Source: a virus. From it: DNA of 64,000 nt. Position 1 is the first letter of the stretch. Each line of letters opens with the position of its first letter. Shown in pieces: positions 9,648 through 19,737 of this stretch. The position numbers and the translations under genes were made by a program. The stretch is taken from positions 16,884-80,883 of the IMG/VR virus record IMGVR_UViG_3300037961_005793; one strand, written 5' to 3'. The notes beneath the pieces were generated by a model. That model was not told where the DNA came from, searched no databases, and saw nothing but the letters and a program-made list of their open reading frames with translations.

Positions 9648-9863
9648 TCAGTCTAACGTGCTTATTTCGATAAGTTTACTCAAGTACCACTGAGCTTTTT
9701 TCAGGTCCTCTACTCCGTTCTTGTGTTGAAACCGCCAGAGGTATTTAAAGCAAGAGAGGTGGCAAAAAGACTTGACCCCTTCAACACCTGCTGCTGACAT
9801 CATCGCGTCTATGCACTCGATGTCACCTTGTGAGTAGTGTGCGGGATGGTTTACTGCTTCCAT
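9648..9863 (-). CDS. DUF3310 / T7 gp1.7-like protein (putative nucleotide kinase)
   Basis: VNHPAHY..GDIECID...KYLWR..HKNGVEDLKKAQWYL. Confidence 0.85.
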   Translation of the reverse strand: MEAVNHPAHYSQGDIECIDAMMSAAGVEGVKSFCHLSCFKYLWRFQHKNGVEDLKKAQWYLSKLIEISTLD

Positions 9864-10735
9864 TACGTCAAAAACATGTTTTCGGTATGAATGGTATCTG
9901 ATCCTTCGTATAAAGCAGGGGAGTATTTAACATCAAGATGTCTAACCAAACCGCACGGGTGAATCTGAACTGAATCACCGCATTTAATTAACGGCACAAC
10001 TCGACGGTGCTCTTGGTTCGGTTTCAAACCCTCAAAAGCTAAACCCATAGAACTTCGGTCAGCGATCGGCCAGTTACGTTTGCCGACCACACGGTGACTC
10101 AGTTGAGGATGACAGCTTTCACTTTTTATATATTTCTCAGCATCTTCCTGGTCGAGAATCATCAAACCTGCGTAAGGGTTGCCTAGAGATGTGAAGCCAA
10201 TAAAGTTCTTGTCGTTTGGCGTCAGTATCGTCCCGCATTCGTAAGGGATATCACCCCACACATCGGGGGTAAGTCCATAAAGGTCCCACTTTTTGTAATT
10301 ATCAAAAGGTATATCTAGATCTCTGTACTCTTCATATCGGCAAAAACCAGGCTCAAGATTTAAAGGTTTGAGCACATCTTTGTAATCACGCCAGTAGACG
10401 AACTGTTTAGAGCCAAAGAGCATATCATTTTCTGAATACATATAAAAGTCATATTTTTTATCTCTTACTGCTTTTACAAAACTGGGTTTGTGAGCCCAAC
10501 AAAGTGCGAAGCCTGCGTAGGACTCATCTGCGACTGTGAAGCTAACCCTGTCGAGGTGAACATGACTTCCAACAATTAAAGAGAATTCGTCAAGATCATA
10601 CGAGTGCTCGTGATCGATGAAAAACTCTACATAAACCCTCAGAGGTAGAGTTTCGTAAGCTCGTAGGGCAGCAAGTGTCTTCTCGATACGAGCAAGGGGG
10701 TTGTGGGCAGTGACGGCTATATAAATAGATTGCAT
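9863..10735 (-). CDS. Putative GT-A fold glycosyltransferase
   Basis: YDFYMYSENDM (DxD-like) and NPYAGLMIL motifs. Confidence 0.55.
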   Translation of the reverse strand: MQSIYIAVTAHNPLARIEKTLAALRAYETLPLRVYVEFFIDHEHSYDLDEFSLIVGSHVHLDRVSFTVADESYAGFALCWAHKPSFVKAVRDKKYDFYMYSENDMLFGSKQFVYWRDYKDVLKPLNLEPGFCRYEEYRDLDIPFDNYKKWDLYGLTPDVWGDIPYECGTILTPNDKNFIGFTSLGNPYAGLMILDQEDAEKYIKSESCHPQLSHRVVGKRNWPIADRSSMGLAFEGLKPNQEHRRVVPLIKCGDSVQIHPCGLVRHLDVKYSPALYEGSDTIHTENMFLT

Positions 10736-12255
10736 CAGTACTCGACGTTGTAGTTGCCTCGTCTTTGGAGGTAGTTAATCAGATGCGTGTAAGCATCGAG
10801 CAAGTCATCGTGAGATGTTGCACCGACGTTCACGATCTGATCCATTAAAGCATCGAACTTACGGTATTTATTAAAGGTAACTTTTTTGTTTTCTAAAATT
10901 CCAAGGGTGCCTCTGAACCTGGCGATCTTGTCGCCCCTAAACCCTTTAACTTCGTGGATATTTAAGTTGCTTAACCCTCGCTCAACAAGAAGCACACGTT
11001 TTAAATCCGCCGCAAGTGACGCCTGATATGCAACTGCTTCAACTACAAGTGTGATTGTTGAGTAAGTCGGAAAATACTGATCACCTTGTAGCTCTAGGAT
11101 TCCCCATTCCACAAGCATGTCGCACAGCAAATCGATTTTTTCTAAGTTTCCAATCGACCTGACCTGATGAGAGTCGATAATGAAATATTTATCCTTTAGT
11201 CGTCCTCCTAGAACAAAAGCTGTGTAGTCAGAAGTCTCATTCTTACTAGCTGACAAGTCGATACCGACTGCAAGGGTGTCGAACTCAGTTTCAACTTCGC
11301 CTTTAACAAGAAGATCAGGTGAAAGAACAAGATCAGATGTCATCACCGGCTGTTGCTGATACTGGTAAGCAAACGCAACAGGATCTAATTCTTTTTGACC
11401 CATAAGGTAACTAACAGACCATTGCTCAGGCCAATAACTGACAGGTTCACCTTGTTTGTCGTACGTAAGGGCCTCCTGAGCCACCTGTTTCCAGCCTTTT
11501 TTAGGGATAAACATGGTCTTGTGGATATCCAAAGGATGGAATCTCGTGCCTAGACAAATCGAACGGCCACCCTCAAAAACAATCGGAGCGATAACTGACG
11601 ACCAGTTGTTATTCATCTCTTCCCGTACAGCGGGGTTTTTGATGTCAGAGCTTGATTTAATGGGGTCATCCACGATCACGAGGTGTGCCCTTTTCGAGGT
11701 AATAGATCCTCGAAGACCTGCTGCACGAAGTGTGAATTCTTCATCACCGATCCTGTCGATTCCGGCGTAGTCAAAGTCGATTGACCAACCGATGTCGCTC
11801 TGCATACCTGCTTTGAGCTTTACCTTTGGAAATATTTTTTTAAACGTGGATGAGTCGATGATCTGCTTGATGATTCGACTCTTGGGGATAGCAGTAGCGA
11901 TGTTGTAAGAACAATAGATAATCTGCAGAGGACGTTGTGCAGTTGTGTGCTTACCGATAACCCAAGCTGTAAATAGGTTAAGGACAGTCGATTTAGCCGA
12001 ACCTCGGGGGCTCAGAATATCAAGATTTGGCCCTGCGATATCTATTAGATATTTATTGCTGTCTCCTGTAATCAGTTCCTGATGCCACTCCAGCATATGC
12101 TTCGCTGGAGGTTTATCAAGAAGTGTACAGAATGTCAAAAAGTCATCCTGAGCACGATGAAAAACACTATCTATCGCAGAGTCATTACTATCGATAGCCC
12201 TTTGTGCTCGTGCTTTAAGAGCACGTCGATATGCGTAAGTTTCTCTACTAGGCAT
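10735..12255 (-). CDS. terL: Terminase large subunit
   Basis: Walker A PRGSAKST, Walker B VIVDDP, GTRFH, nuclease motifs GIDLS and HDDLLDA. Confidence 0.92.
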   Translation of the reverse strand: MPSRETYAYRRALKARAQRAIDSNDSAIDSVFHRAQDDFLTFCTLLDKPPAKHMLEWHQELITGDSNKYLIDIAGPNLDILSPRGSAKSTVLNLFTAWVIGKHTTAQRPLQIIYCSYNIATAIPKSRIIKQIIDSSTFKKIFPKVKLKAGMQSDIGWSIDFDYAGIDRIGDEEFTLRAAGLRGSITSKRAHLVIVDDPIKSSSDIKNPAVREEMNNNWSSVIAPIVFEGGRSICLGTRFHPLDIHKTMFIPKKGWKQVAQEALTYDKQGEPVSYWPEQWSVSYLMGQKELDPVAFAYQYQQQPVMTSDLVLSPDLLVKGEVETEFDTLAVGIDLSASKNETSDYTAFVLGGRLKDKYFIIDSHQVRSIGNLEKIDLLCDMLVEWGILELQGDQYFPTYSTITLVVEAVAYQASLAADLKRVLLVERGLSNLNIHEVKGFRGDKIARFRGTLGILENKKVTFNKYRKFDALMDQIVNVGATSHDDLLDAYTHLINYLQRRGNYNVEY

Positions 12256-12300
12256 TTTCTTAAGACTGCTCGTATACTGTTAGCGAAATTCTAACTCTGT

Positions 12301-13467
12301 ATGGCAAAGATACTCTGGTACGGTGATGCTGTTTCTAATACTGGCTTCGCTCGTGTAACCCATAGCGTTCTGAACCATTTAAAGAAAGATAATGAAGTCG
12401 TGGTGTATGGAATTAACTACCAAGGAGATCCTCACGACTATCCATTCAAAATTTACCCTGCATCAGCCCACAACCCTGGAGATCGCTTCGGGGTGGGACG
12501 CATTCAGCAAATTGTTGAAAAAGAAAAACCTGACTTCTTTATCTGTTTAAACGACATCTGGATCTGTAACCAGATCTGGGAACGCATTCACTTTCTCAAG
12601 GCTCAGTTCGACTTTAAATTTATTGCATACTTCCCTACCGATTCTGAGTGGTATCCGATGCCTATGCTTCGGTACATCAAAGACTGGGATTTTGCGATCA
12701 CCTTTACCATTGAGCAAGCTCAACGCTTGATGGCCCACGGAGTTCAACCCAAGAAAATGGGAGTGGTTCCCCATGGGCTAGACCGTGACAAGTTCTTTGA
12801 GATCGATCAAACCGAAGCTCGCAAACGTCTCGGATTACCTCAAGACAAATTCATTGTCTTCAACGGCAACCGTAATCAGCCACGTAAATGTATCGACCAG
12901 ACAATTAAGGCGTTTGCTGAGTTCTGTGTAGATAAAGAAGATGCTCTTCTCTACCTAAACATGGCTGAGAAAGACCTTGGCTGGCACATTAAAGAACTGC
13001 TTGAAACAGAGCTTCGTAGACGAGGGGTAGACCCGACTCAACGAGTGGCTTTGACTCCAAATATGAATTATCACGCTGCTCCACCAGACGAAGCACTTAA
13101 TCTCATCTACAACGCTTGCGACGTTGGTATTAACACCGCAAACGGTGAAGGCTGGGGTTTAGTTCCTTTCGAACACGCGATGTGTCGTAAAGCGCAAGTA
13201 GTGCCTAACCATACTTCCTGTAAGGACATCTGGAACGGAAGCGCATTACTTATTGATATCGGAGCCTGGGTAAACGACAAAGATCTAAACGTTGAGCGCG
13301 GCATTATCGACTACAAGCATGCCGCAAAACTACTGACAGATCTTTACGAGGACGAAACCTATCGCCAAAAAGTTGCAGACGATTGTTACAGAGTGACCCA
13401 AAACCCCCAGTACCGCTGGGAAGCTGTTGCTGAAGGTTTTGCCAAAGCTATGGAGGTGCTCAAGTGA
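12301..13467 (+). CDS. Glycosyltransferase family 4 (GT-B)
   Basis: TGFARV, NRNQPRK and GEGWGLVPFE motifs. Confidence 0.9.
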   Translation: MAKILWYGDAVSNTGFARVTHSVLNHLKKDNEVVVYGINYQGDPHDYPFKIYPASAHNPGDRFGVGRIQQIVEKEKPDFFICLNDIWICNQIWERIHFLKAQFDFKFIAYFPTDSEWYPMPMLRYIKDWDFAITFTIEQAQRLMAHGVQPKKMGVVPHGLDRDKFFEIDQTEARKRLGLPQDKFIVFNGNRNQPRKCIDQTIKAFAEFCVDKEDALLYLNMAEKDLGWHIKELLETELRRRGVDPTQRVALTPNMNYHAAPPDEALNLIYNACDVGINTANGEGWGLVPFEHAMCRKAQVVPNHTSCKDIWNGSALLIDIGAWVNDKDLNVERGIIDYKHAAKLLTDLYEDETYRQKVADDCYRVTQNPQYRWEAVAEGFAKAMEVLK

Positions 13468-14576
13468 CTCAGCAAGCACGTTACGAGACTATGCTCAGCT
13501 ACGTCGAGCACCCGGTCGACATTCGTTCAGGGTCAGGGTATCCCACGGTTTATCAGCAAGCGTCGGACATCGGAGGTACGTTCACACGTATCAAATACGG
13601 TCTGCCTGATCAATCAGTAGCAAACTTCAGTCCCTGTTTAATTTCTCACAAGGGTCATCGCTTGATCACCTGGAGAAACCAACCAGAGGCTTTCACATTT
13701 AGGCACGACAGCAAATATTTTTACTACAACAACACTCCTACTGAGGTTTATGTTGGTGAGTTGATCGGGGACGAAACAATTATCGGAGCGAAGAAAATTC
13801 GCGAAAATCCTCATCGGCTTAGCTACGAGGATCCACGTCTCTTTATCGCTCCTGACGACAATCTCTACTTGCAGTTCATCACGAGTTCCTACGCAAGCAA
13901 GTACGACTCATCAAAGCACAAAATGGTGAATCAACCAAAAGTGTGTGTAGGGCGTGTGGACGACTTCGGTAAAGTCGTTGACTGTGTTTACCCACCAGCA
14001 GGAGATAACCTTACTGAAGGTAAACCTGAGAAGAACTGGTGTTTTTTCAGCGAAGATCAAAATCTTCGTCTGCTTTATTCGACGATCCCTCTAACGATCA
14101 AAACCCCTGGACAACCCGACAAAACTATCGATTCAAGTAGCCTTAAAAAGGTTACTGGAGAGTATCCAACTTTTAATTCTACATCACCCATCAAAATCGG
14201 CAACGAATGGCTCGTATTTTTTCACTGGAAATATATGGCCTTCGACAGCAAACATCAGATTACATACCTTCTGTACCACTTAGGAGCGTATACGCTTGAC
14301 GAAAACTTTACCAAAATTACTCGTCAATGCACTGAAGCCCTATTTAGCGGTTCTACAAACGACCGTTTGACCTGGTGGACAGACGTTACAGGGCGTCCAA
14401 TCTCTAAACAACCCGCTTGTGTGCTGCCTTTTGGAGGTATTTATAACGAAGAAGACGACGAGATTGAACTAGCTCTTGGGGTCAACGACTCCTTCATGGG
14501 TATCTTCAAGTGCCCCCTCGTCAACATTCTCGCTCTCCTGGAGCCCACGGAAGTAGGCACAAATGAGATCTCTTAG
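13464..14576 (+). CDS. GH130-like beta-propeller glycosidase/phosphorylase
   Basis: EDPRLF, EKNWCFF and GVND motifs. Confidence 0.7.
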   Translation: MTQQARYETMLSYVEHPVDIRSGSGYPTVYQQASDIGGTFTRIKYGLPDQSVANFSPCLISHKGHRLITWRNQPEAFTFRHDSKYFYYNNTPTEVYVGELIGDETIIGAKKIRENPHRLSYEDPRLFIAPDDNLYLQFITSSYASKYDSSKHKMVNQPKVCVGRVDDFGKVVDCVYPPAGDNLTEGKPEKNWCFFSEDQNLRLLYSTIPLTIKTPGQPDKTIDSSSLKKVTGEYPTFNSTSPIKIGNEWLVFFHWKYMAFDSKHQITYLLYHLGAYTLDENFTKITRQCTEALFSGSTNDRLTWWTDVTGRPISKQPACVLPFGGIYNEEDDEIELALGVNDSFMGIFKCPLVNILALLEPTEVGTNEIS

Positions 14577-14684
14577 CTCGTTATAGCGTAAGTACCAGTC
14601 AGGTATGAGACCATAGTGGGGTAGACACTCTCTATCCCACTCTGTGTTCTCGATGTAATCGATAATTTCTTGACGACTGCTCAA
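14469..14684 (-). CDS. Hypothetical protein
   Basis: Start overlaps the stop of the 14681-15205 gene; 3' end overlaps the convergent gene. Confidence 0.4.
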   Translation of the reverse strand: MSSRQEIIDYIENTEWDRECLPHYGLIPDWYLRYNELRDLICAYFRGLQESENVDEGALEDTHEGVVDPKS

Positions 14685-15205
14685 GACTTCTCTTCACGCT
14701 CGATAGTCGACCAAACCACTAACGAGGCGTCCTCTAACAGGGATGCCACGGTTGGGGCGTCTTCGAAACTATTCAGAAGCTCACGTAAACAACGATCCGC
14801 ACCAGCAAGCAAAAGACCGCGACGATCAAGACCGTCAGTGAGCTGTCGTACGGCCTGAATATGTGATCTGAGTTCTTTTTGAAGTACGCTGATTTTCGTC
14901 GCTGCTGTGGCATGGTCGAGCATCCCTGTAAGGGTCATCTGCCTTACGTTATCGATATCGGTTTTCAAGGAATCGATCTCGATTAACAAGACCTTGCGTA
15001 AATCCTGCTTTGGGTACTTCTCTTGAATCCAAGCAGTGATATCTGCAATCGAGCCCTCGTACGAAGGGCGCATGAAACGAGCATACAAATAAGACTCAAT
15101 ATCACTCGTCGCGTTCTTTGCGTAGTGAAGAAAAGAGTCTTTTTGGGTTTTGTCGAGCGACTGCAGCCAGTCAGCCACAGTGGCTTGAACTTCAGTATCG
15201 ATCAT
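14681..15205 (-). CDS. Helical protein, terminase small subunit candidate
   Basis: Coiled-coil 174 aa; nearest substantial same-strand gene upstream of terL. Confidence 0.4.
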   Translation of the reverse strand: MIDTEVQATVADWLQSLDKTQKDSFLHYAKNATSDIESYLYARFMRPSYEGSIADITAWIQEKYPKQDLRKVLLIEIDSLKTDIDNVRQMTLTGMLDHATAATKISVLQKELRSHIQAVRQLTDGLDRRGLLLAGADRCLRELLNSFEDAPTVASLLEDASLVVWSTIEREEKS

Positions 15206-16020
15206 GCAAAGAAGTTGTGACCCGACATTGCCCTAGCCTGAGCATCTCTACGAAGATTAATAGTGGCGGCAGTGTTTCCCCTAATCAAAGCAAGTTTACC
15301 TTTGACGTTTGCTTGGTTACGCGTCAGATCACTAACGGTTTGGGCGTCGTTAAGAGCAAGGGCACCTGCAATACGTTGTGCGCCTGTCGCCAGATTACCT
15401 TCTGTAACTGCCCTGGTGCCCATCGCATAGTTCAAAGCATCAGCATATTTCTGGGCAATGTTGAGCTTGGCTCCTTCTTGTGCAGCTTTAATGCCTAAGT
15501 TGGTGCCTCCGAGAGCTTCGGCTAAACGATTATCTGCATTGAGAGAATCCGAAGCTGCTCTCGAAGCAAACGTTGGATTAAGCATCTCAGATGCCGTCTT
15601 CATCTGGCCGACTTCTGTCGCCAATGAACGACCAGCATCCAACATGCCCATAACTTCTCGCATCTGCCCTTGACGAGCAGCTTGAGAATCCGTGGCAGCA
15701 TCTTTGAGAATGGTCTTTTGACCAGAACTCAAACCTTCAAAATAAGTGCCTAAGGCACCCATGTTTGCACCTTGTTGCTGTGCAAAACGTTGAGCTGCAA
15801 GAGTGAGCGGTACGTTAGCTGCTGCAGCTTGAGCACCATAGAGTGTAAAGTATTCACCAGGAATAGCGGCTTGAGCACCACCTCCTCCTCCACCGCTAGG
15901 AGAACTACCGCCGCCCCCACCGAGACCGCCGCTAAGTGCGCCTACTACAGCTCCGCCAGGGCCACCTGAAAGAAACCCGGTAGCACCACCGAAAAGTGCG
16001 CCAGGAAGATTGAAACCCAT
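15202..16020 (-). CDS. Putative internal virion / DNA-ejection protein
   Basis: Gly-rich hydrophobic N-terminus, Ala/Gln-rich helical body. Confidence 0.55.
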   Translation of the reverse strand: MGFNLPGALFGGATGFLSGGPGGAVVGALSGGLGGGGGSSPSGGGGGGAQAAIPGEYFTLYGAQAAAANVPLTLAAQRFAQQQGANMGALGTYFEGLSSGQKTILKDAATDSQAARQGQMREVMGMLDAGRSLATEVGQMKTASEMLNPTFASRAASDSLNADNRLAEALGGTNLGIKAAQEGAKLNIAQKYADALNYAMGTRAVTEGNLATGAQRIAGALALNDAQTVSDLTRNQANVKGKLALIRGNTAATINLRRDAQARAMSGHNFFA

Positions 16021-16022
16021 GA

Positions 16023-16730
16023 TTAGTTAACCGCTTGACCAGGTTGGAAAGCACGCATCGCAGAGTCAGATGCGACGTTTAATGCACTTAAAACGTTAGC
16101 GTTAGGAGTCGCAGCGAGATAAGCGGTGTTCATCATGGCTGTTGCCATGACGGTGTTGGCGCGAATCTTCTCTTGCTGGATCTTGCGCCACCCGTCGATC
16201 ACATCACGACGAGTCTTCTCCCTCATCTGACCCATCTGGGCCTTTGAAAGAAGATCGGTGGCGTACGCTAATTCCTGTTGCCTACGACGCATTGCGTCGT
16301 CTAGGTATTCAGGAGAAGTAATTCGGTCTTGTCGTTGACCTCTTTGTCGTATTTCTTCTCGAAGAACATCAACTAAACCACCCAACCCATTGGTTGTGGG
16401 TTGCGGCTGATCACCCGGTAATCTTGTTGTCCGTTGTGGTTCAATCTTTGAGGAGCCTGTATAAGGATCTACCGGTAATGTTTGTGCAGGAGCAGGAATT
16501 AACTCACCTTTTTCTAAACGCTCTAGCTTACCGCGTACACTTTCAGCTCCTCCAGGGAGAAAACCGCCAAAAACATTTTTATCTAATTGACCGTAACCAC
16601 GTTCGATAGCCCGCTCAACCCCCTCGGGCAAAAATTTGAAGCCGTAGCGAGTAGGATCGAGCGGGTTATCTCCCATAGCCTCAGCCACGGAAGCAGCAAA
16701 AACTTGAGGGAGTCCTTCGTAAGTTGCCAT
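16023..16730 (-). CDS. Putative internal virion protein
   Basis: Coupled ORF, Cys-free, helical. Confidence 0.5.
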   Translation of the reverse strand: MATYEGLPQVFAASVAEAMGDNPLDPTRYGFKFLPEGVERAIERGYGQLDKNVFGGFLPGGAESVRGKLERLEKGELIPAPAQTLPVDPYTGSSKIEPQRTTRLPGDQPQPTTNGLGGLVDVLREEIRQRGQRQDRITSPEYLDDAMRRRQQELAYATDLLSKAQMGQMREKTRRDVIDGWRKIQQEKIRANTVMATAMMNTAYLAATPNANVLSALNVASDSAMRAFQPGQAVN

Positions 16731-16735
16731 AATAT

Positions 16736-17257
16736 TCAGAAACCTCTGCTTAAGTTTGCAAGTGCCTGATTAGATCCTACTGGATCTTGAGCTAAAACTT
16801 TATTAATTGCAGTTTGAAGAGTTCTTTCTCCTTCTTGGCCCAAGTTTCCGAGAGTAGCAATGCCTTGACCGATATTCAGCTGTTCACCTTTAACGCGGGC
16901 GAGGTAGGCTTCTCGACGCGCAGCTTCTTCAAGAGCAGCGTTATTACGCGCAATAGTTGTATCTAAGATCTGGTCAGCATCCAAGTATTCATAATTTGCT
17001 CCCATAGCATTGGCTGCTGCCCGAAGTTTATTTTGTTTTTCAACAAACTGGTATAAACCCAAAACATCAGACTGTGGAATAGTAAACTTACTTGCCGTAC
17101 CTACTTGTGCCGGGGTGGAACGTAAAGCGCCTCCCTGACCAAAAAGCCCTTGGATTAAAGCTGCAGCCAGTGTGCTTCCACCTAAGGAATTTAAAAGACC
17201 AGCTTTAGTTAAGCCAGCAGCAGGAAGAGCAGGAAGGGCAGCAGCAGGACCAGGCAT
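16736..17257 (-). CDS. Putative internal virion protein
   Basis: Ala/Gly/Leu-rich N-terminus. Confidence 0.5.
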   Translation of the reverse strand: MPGPAAALPALPAAGLTKAGLLNSLGGSTLAAALIQGLFGQGGALRSTPAQVGTASKFTIPQSDVLGLYQFVEKQNKLRAAANAMGANYEYLDADQILDTTIARNNAALEEAARREAYLARVKGEQLNIGQGIATLGNLGQEGERTLQTAINKVLAQDPVGSNQALANLSRGF

Positions 17258-17493
17258 TAGTTCACTCCAGGTTTGTCGTACTGTGTTCCGCTAAGCGGTT
17301 TCTTTATCGATTTTAAGTCATTTTCACCAGGAAGCATCGGCGCAACTTGGGATTCCCTCTGCTGTCTAGAAGCAATAGCAGCTGTTTGTGGGAAGTTAGA
17401 AGCTAGATAACGACGTAAGAAGTCACCAGCATCCACACCGGGAACGTTGTTTCGAATGTCCCGTTCGCGTAGTTGTTGTTCGCGGTGGTTCAT
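17257..17493 (-). CDS. Hypothetical protein
   Basis: Coupled ORF. Confidence 0.55.
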   Translation of the reverse strand: MNHREQQLRERDIRNNVPGVDAGDFLRRYLASNFPQTAAIASRQQRESQVAPMLPGENDLKSIKKPLSGTQYDKPGVN

Positions 17494-17999
17494 CAGCTCA
17501 GTTGTTGATACTGAATAGAGGGAGGAATGTTATTACTCGAAGGAGCATTCAGCATCGAATAGTTATCACCCATGTTGGGCGTGTCGTACTCTGCAGGGCG
17601 TTGAGAAGAAAGTTCGTCCATGTGCCTGTCGCTCTGCTGCTCAAGCATGTCCAGGAACATCAACATCTCATCCATGAGATCGGGACGCTGACAGACTCGT
17701 TCGAGAAGCTCGACGAGAACAGGGTCCATCGAAGGAGGCTCAACCTCTTCAACACGCAGTCGTGCAGCTAATTGGTTGCGACCCATGGGGTCATCAACAT
17801 CTGGGTAAGAATTGATCGACCGTGTGGCTCCGGTATACATGCCACCGGGCTCTCCTTCTAGATTCGGAGCCCGTCCTTGTGCGTACTTACGCAAGACCTC
17901 AGCCACGACGGGGGCTGCAGCAGCTTGCTCGTCCGGAGTAACCGGCGTCGGAAGACCGAGTAAACGAGCCGCAAAAGCGTAATCTTCCCTAGAAAACAC
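17493..17999 (-). CDS. Hypothetical protein
   Basis: Coupled ORF. Confidence 0.6.
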   Translation of the reverse strand: MFSREDYAFAARLLGLPTPVTPDEQAAAAPVVAEVLRKYAQGRAPNLEGEPGGMYTGATRSINSYPDVDDPMGRNQLAARLRVEEVEPPSMDPVLVELLERVCQRPDLMDEMLMFLDMLEQQSDRHMDELSSQRPAEYDTPNMGDNYSMLNAPSSNNIPPSIQYQQLS

Positions 18000-18264
18000 C
18001 GGAACCTACAGCAACAGATAACCCCATTGTACTCTGTATTGCTAAAACGTCGCCGGGAGAAACATCCAACGTCAAACAGATCTTCTCCAACACATCCGGA
18101 GACGGGATATAACGTTCATCAGTACATATTTTTCTGGTCGTTGTCGGCGAAAGACTTGCCTGTTTACTCAACGCAAAAGAAGAAATATCCTTTTGCAGGA
18201 GTAAGTCTTTGAGGTTATTAATTAAATAACCACTAGCTGTATGTGCGGAGTAAAAAGGCATCAC
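17989..18264 (-). CDS. Cro/C1-type HTH transcriptional regulator
   Basis: LKDLL...LSKQASLSPTT...LEKICLTLDVSPGDVL. Confidence 0.85.
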   Translation of the reverse strand: MMPFYSAHTASGYLINNLKDLLLQKDISSFALSKQASLSPTTTRKICTDERYIPSPDVLEKICLTLDVSPGDVLAIQSTMGLSVAVGSGVF

Positions 18265-18941
18265 CCAAGCTTTAGACCTTCAGAAATGTCAACTAAACCT
18301 GTACCGCTGAAATGACCAAATGAAGTGAGATCAACCTTCGGTGAAGATATAAGTCTCCACAACGGTTGTTCAGTAATCCACTTAATGTCATCCAGGAGCA
18401 GCCAACGTGGTTTAGTGGGAAACTTTAACGTTGAAAGTTTACTCAAAAAAGTTCTCTCAAAGATACCGTCCTTTGGCCCATCACACATAATAAAGTCAGC
18501 CTCAGTAAGAAGCTTTGCTCGTCTTATAAAAACATCATGCTCTTTAAGATCTTCTACTCGTTGAGTGAGTTTTGAAGAAAAGTCTTCTTCAGTGAGGTAT
18601 GTTTGAGTTGGTGAGGTGTATGGAACTACATCGAACGTGGTGACCCGATCCTTTTGATCGGAAAAGTCCAGCATCACCCGAGCAGAAGTTCCGTAGTGTG
18701 TTCCAATGTCGACCATACTGACTGGTCCATTAGAACGATCCAGGTTGAAGATAAGACCAGCAAGAAGCTTATAATGATCACCAGGGAAACAATTAACAAA
18801 AGTTCCGTCACAATCAATATGACACTGAGTAGCGGTCTTAATACTTCTGAGAACATAATCCCATCCTTGAAAAGTTTGGGCAGCCTGGTCGTCATCAACA
18901 GACCAACATTCGCTCGGGATACGGTGACGTACGTTTTTCAT
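18261..18941 (-). CDS. SAM-dependent methyltransferase (Methyltransf_24-like)
   Basis: VDIGTHYGTSA, IMCDG and LLLDDI motifs. Confidence 0.75.
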   Translation of the reverse strand: MKNVRHRIPSECWSVDDDQAAQTFQGWDYVLRSIKTATQCHIDCDGTFVNCFPGDHYKLLAGLIFNLDRSNGPVSMVDIGTHYGTSARVMLDFSDQKDRVTTFDVVPYTSPTQTYLTEEDFSSKLTQRVEDLKEHDVFIRRAKLLTEADFIMCDGPKDGIFERTFLSKLSTLKFPTKPRWLLLDDIKWITEQPLWRLISSPKVDLTSFGHFSGTGLVDISEGLKLG

Positions 18942-18943
18942 GA

Positions 18944-19714
18944 TCAGAACCCGAGATGCTTGCGGCGGACAAAGCTTAAATCGAATGTCGTGAAACTCGG
19001 TGGCATTTCCTCAAGATTGAATGGTGTTTTATAAGTTTCCCCCTCAACGTGAGACTGCCAGGACTCATTCCACTTCAGATGAAGATATCGCTTGTTCAGC
19101 TCGTGGGCTACGTGAATACCTTGAGCAATCGCTGGTTCGGATCGCCAAGTCTGTGAGCCATCGGAATAATCGTTCTTTTTAGAACCGTGGTAGTAATCAG
19201 CTTCAAGATCAAGTATTCGTTTAACGTCGTCATGGATAAACCTCATGCCGTAGTCCATGTCTTCGCAATAACCGGGATATAGATTTTCATCAAAAAGACC
19301 GTACTTCTGAACCATCCAATCTTTTAACAAGAAAATATCCCAACCACCGCCTGAACCATGGACAATACCGACTTCCTGGTCTTGAGCTTTCTCATTCATT
19401 TCTTTGAGAAAACCTGGCTCAAACCTCACATCGTGGTTTGAAATAACCCAGTAAGGGGCTTTCATAAAACATTTAATAATTAAGTTCCAAGCGCCACTAC
19501 AACCAACATTTGCAGGGAGGTGGCAAATATGTACGTTCTTTACGTGACTATTAGGTATCTCTTTTAGGAGATCGACTTCATGATTAATTTGACCGCGACC
19601 GTTGTTATTAAAAACGACAAAGTTTTCAACTGGATAATCGATACTCATGTACAGACGATGCAGCCAGTAAGGAGTATTAACGATCGCAGTACCTAGAACA
19701 GGAATGCTATTCAT
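18944..19714 (-). CDS. Glycosyltransferase family 2-like
   Basis: NVGCSGAWN, SNHD and GLFDENLYPGYCEDMDY motifs. Confidence 0.85.
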   Translation of the reverse strand: MNSIPVLGTAIVNTPYWLHRLYMSIDYPVENFVVFNNNGRGQINHEVDLLKEIPNSHVKNVHICHLPANVGCSGAWNLIIKCFMKAPYWVISNHDVRFEPGFLKEMNEKAQDQEVGIVHGSGGGWDIFLLKDWMVQKYGLFDENLYPGYCEDMDYGMRFIHDDVKRILDLEADYYHGSKKNDYSDGSQTWRSEPAIAQGIHVAHELNKRYLHLKWNESWQSHVEGETYKTPFNLEEMPPSFTTFDLSFVRRKHLGF

Positions 19715-19737
19715 GAAGCATCAGCAGTAGCAGCATG

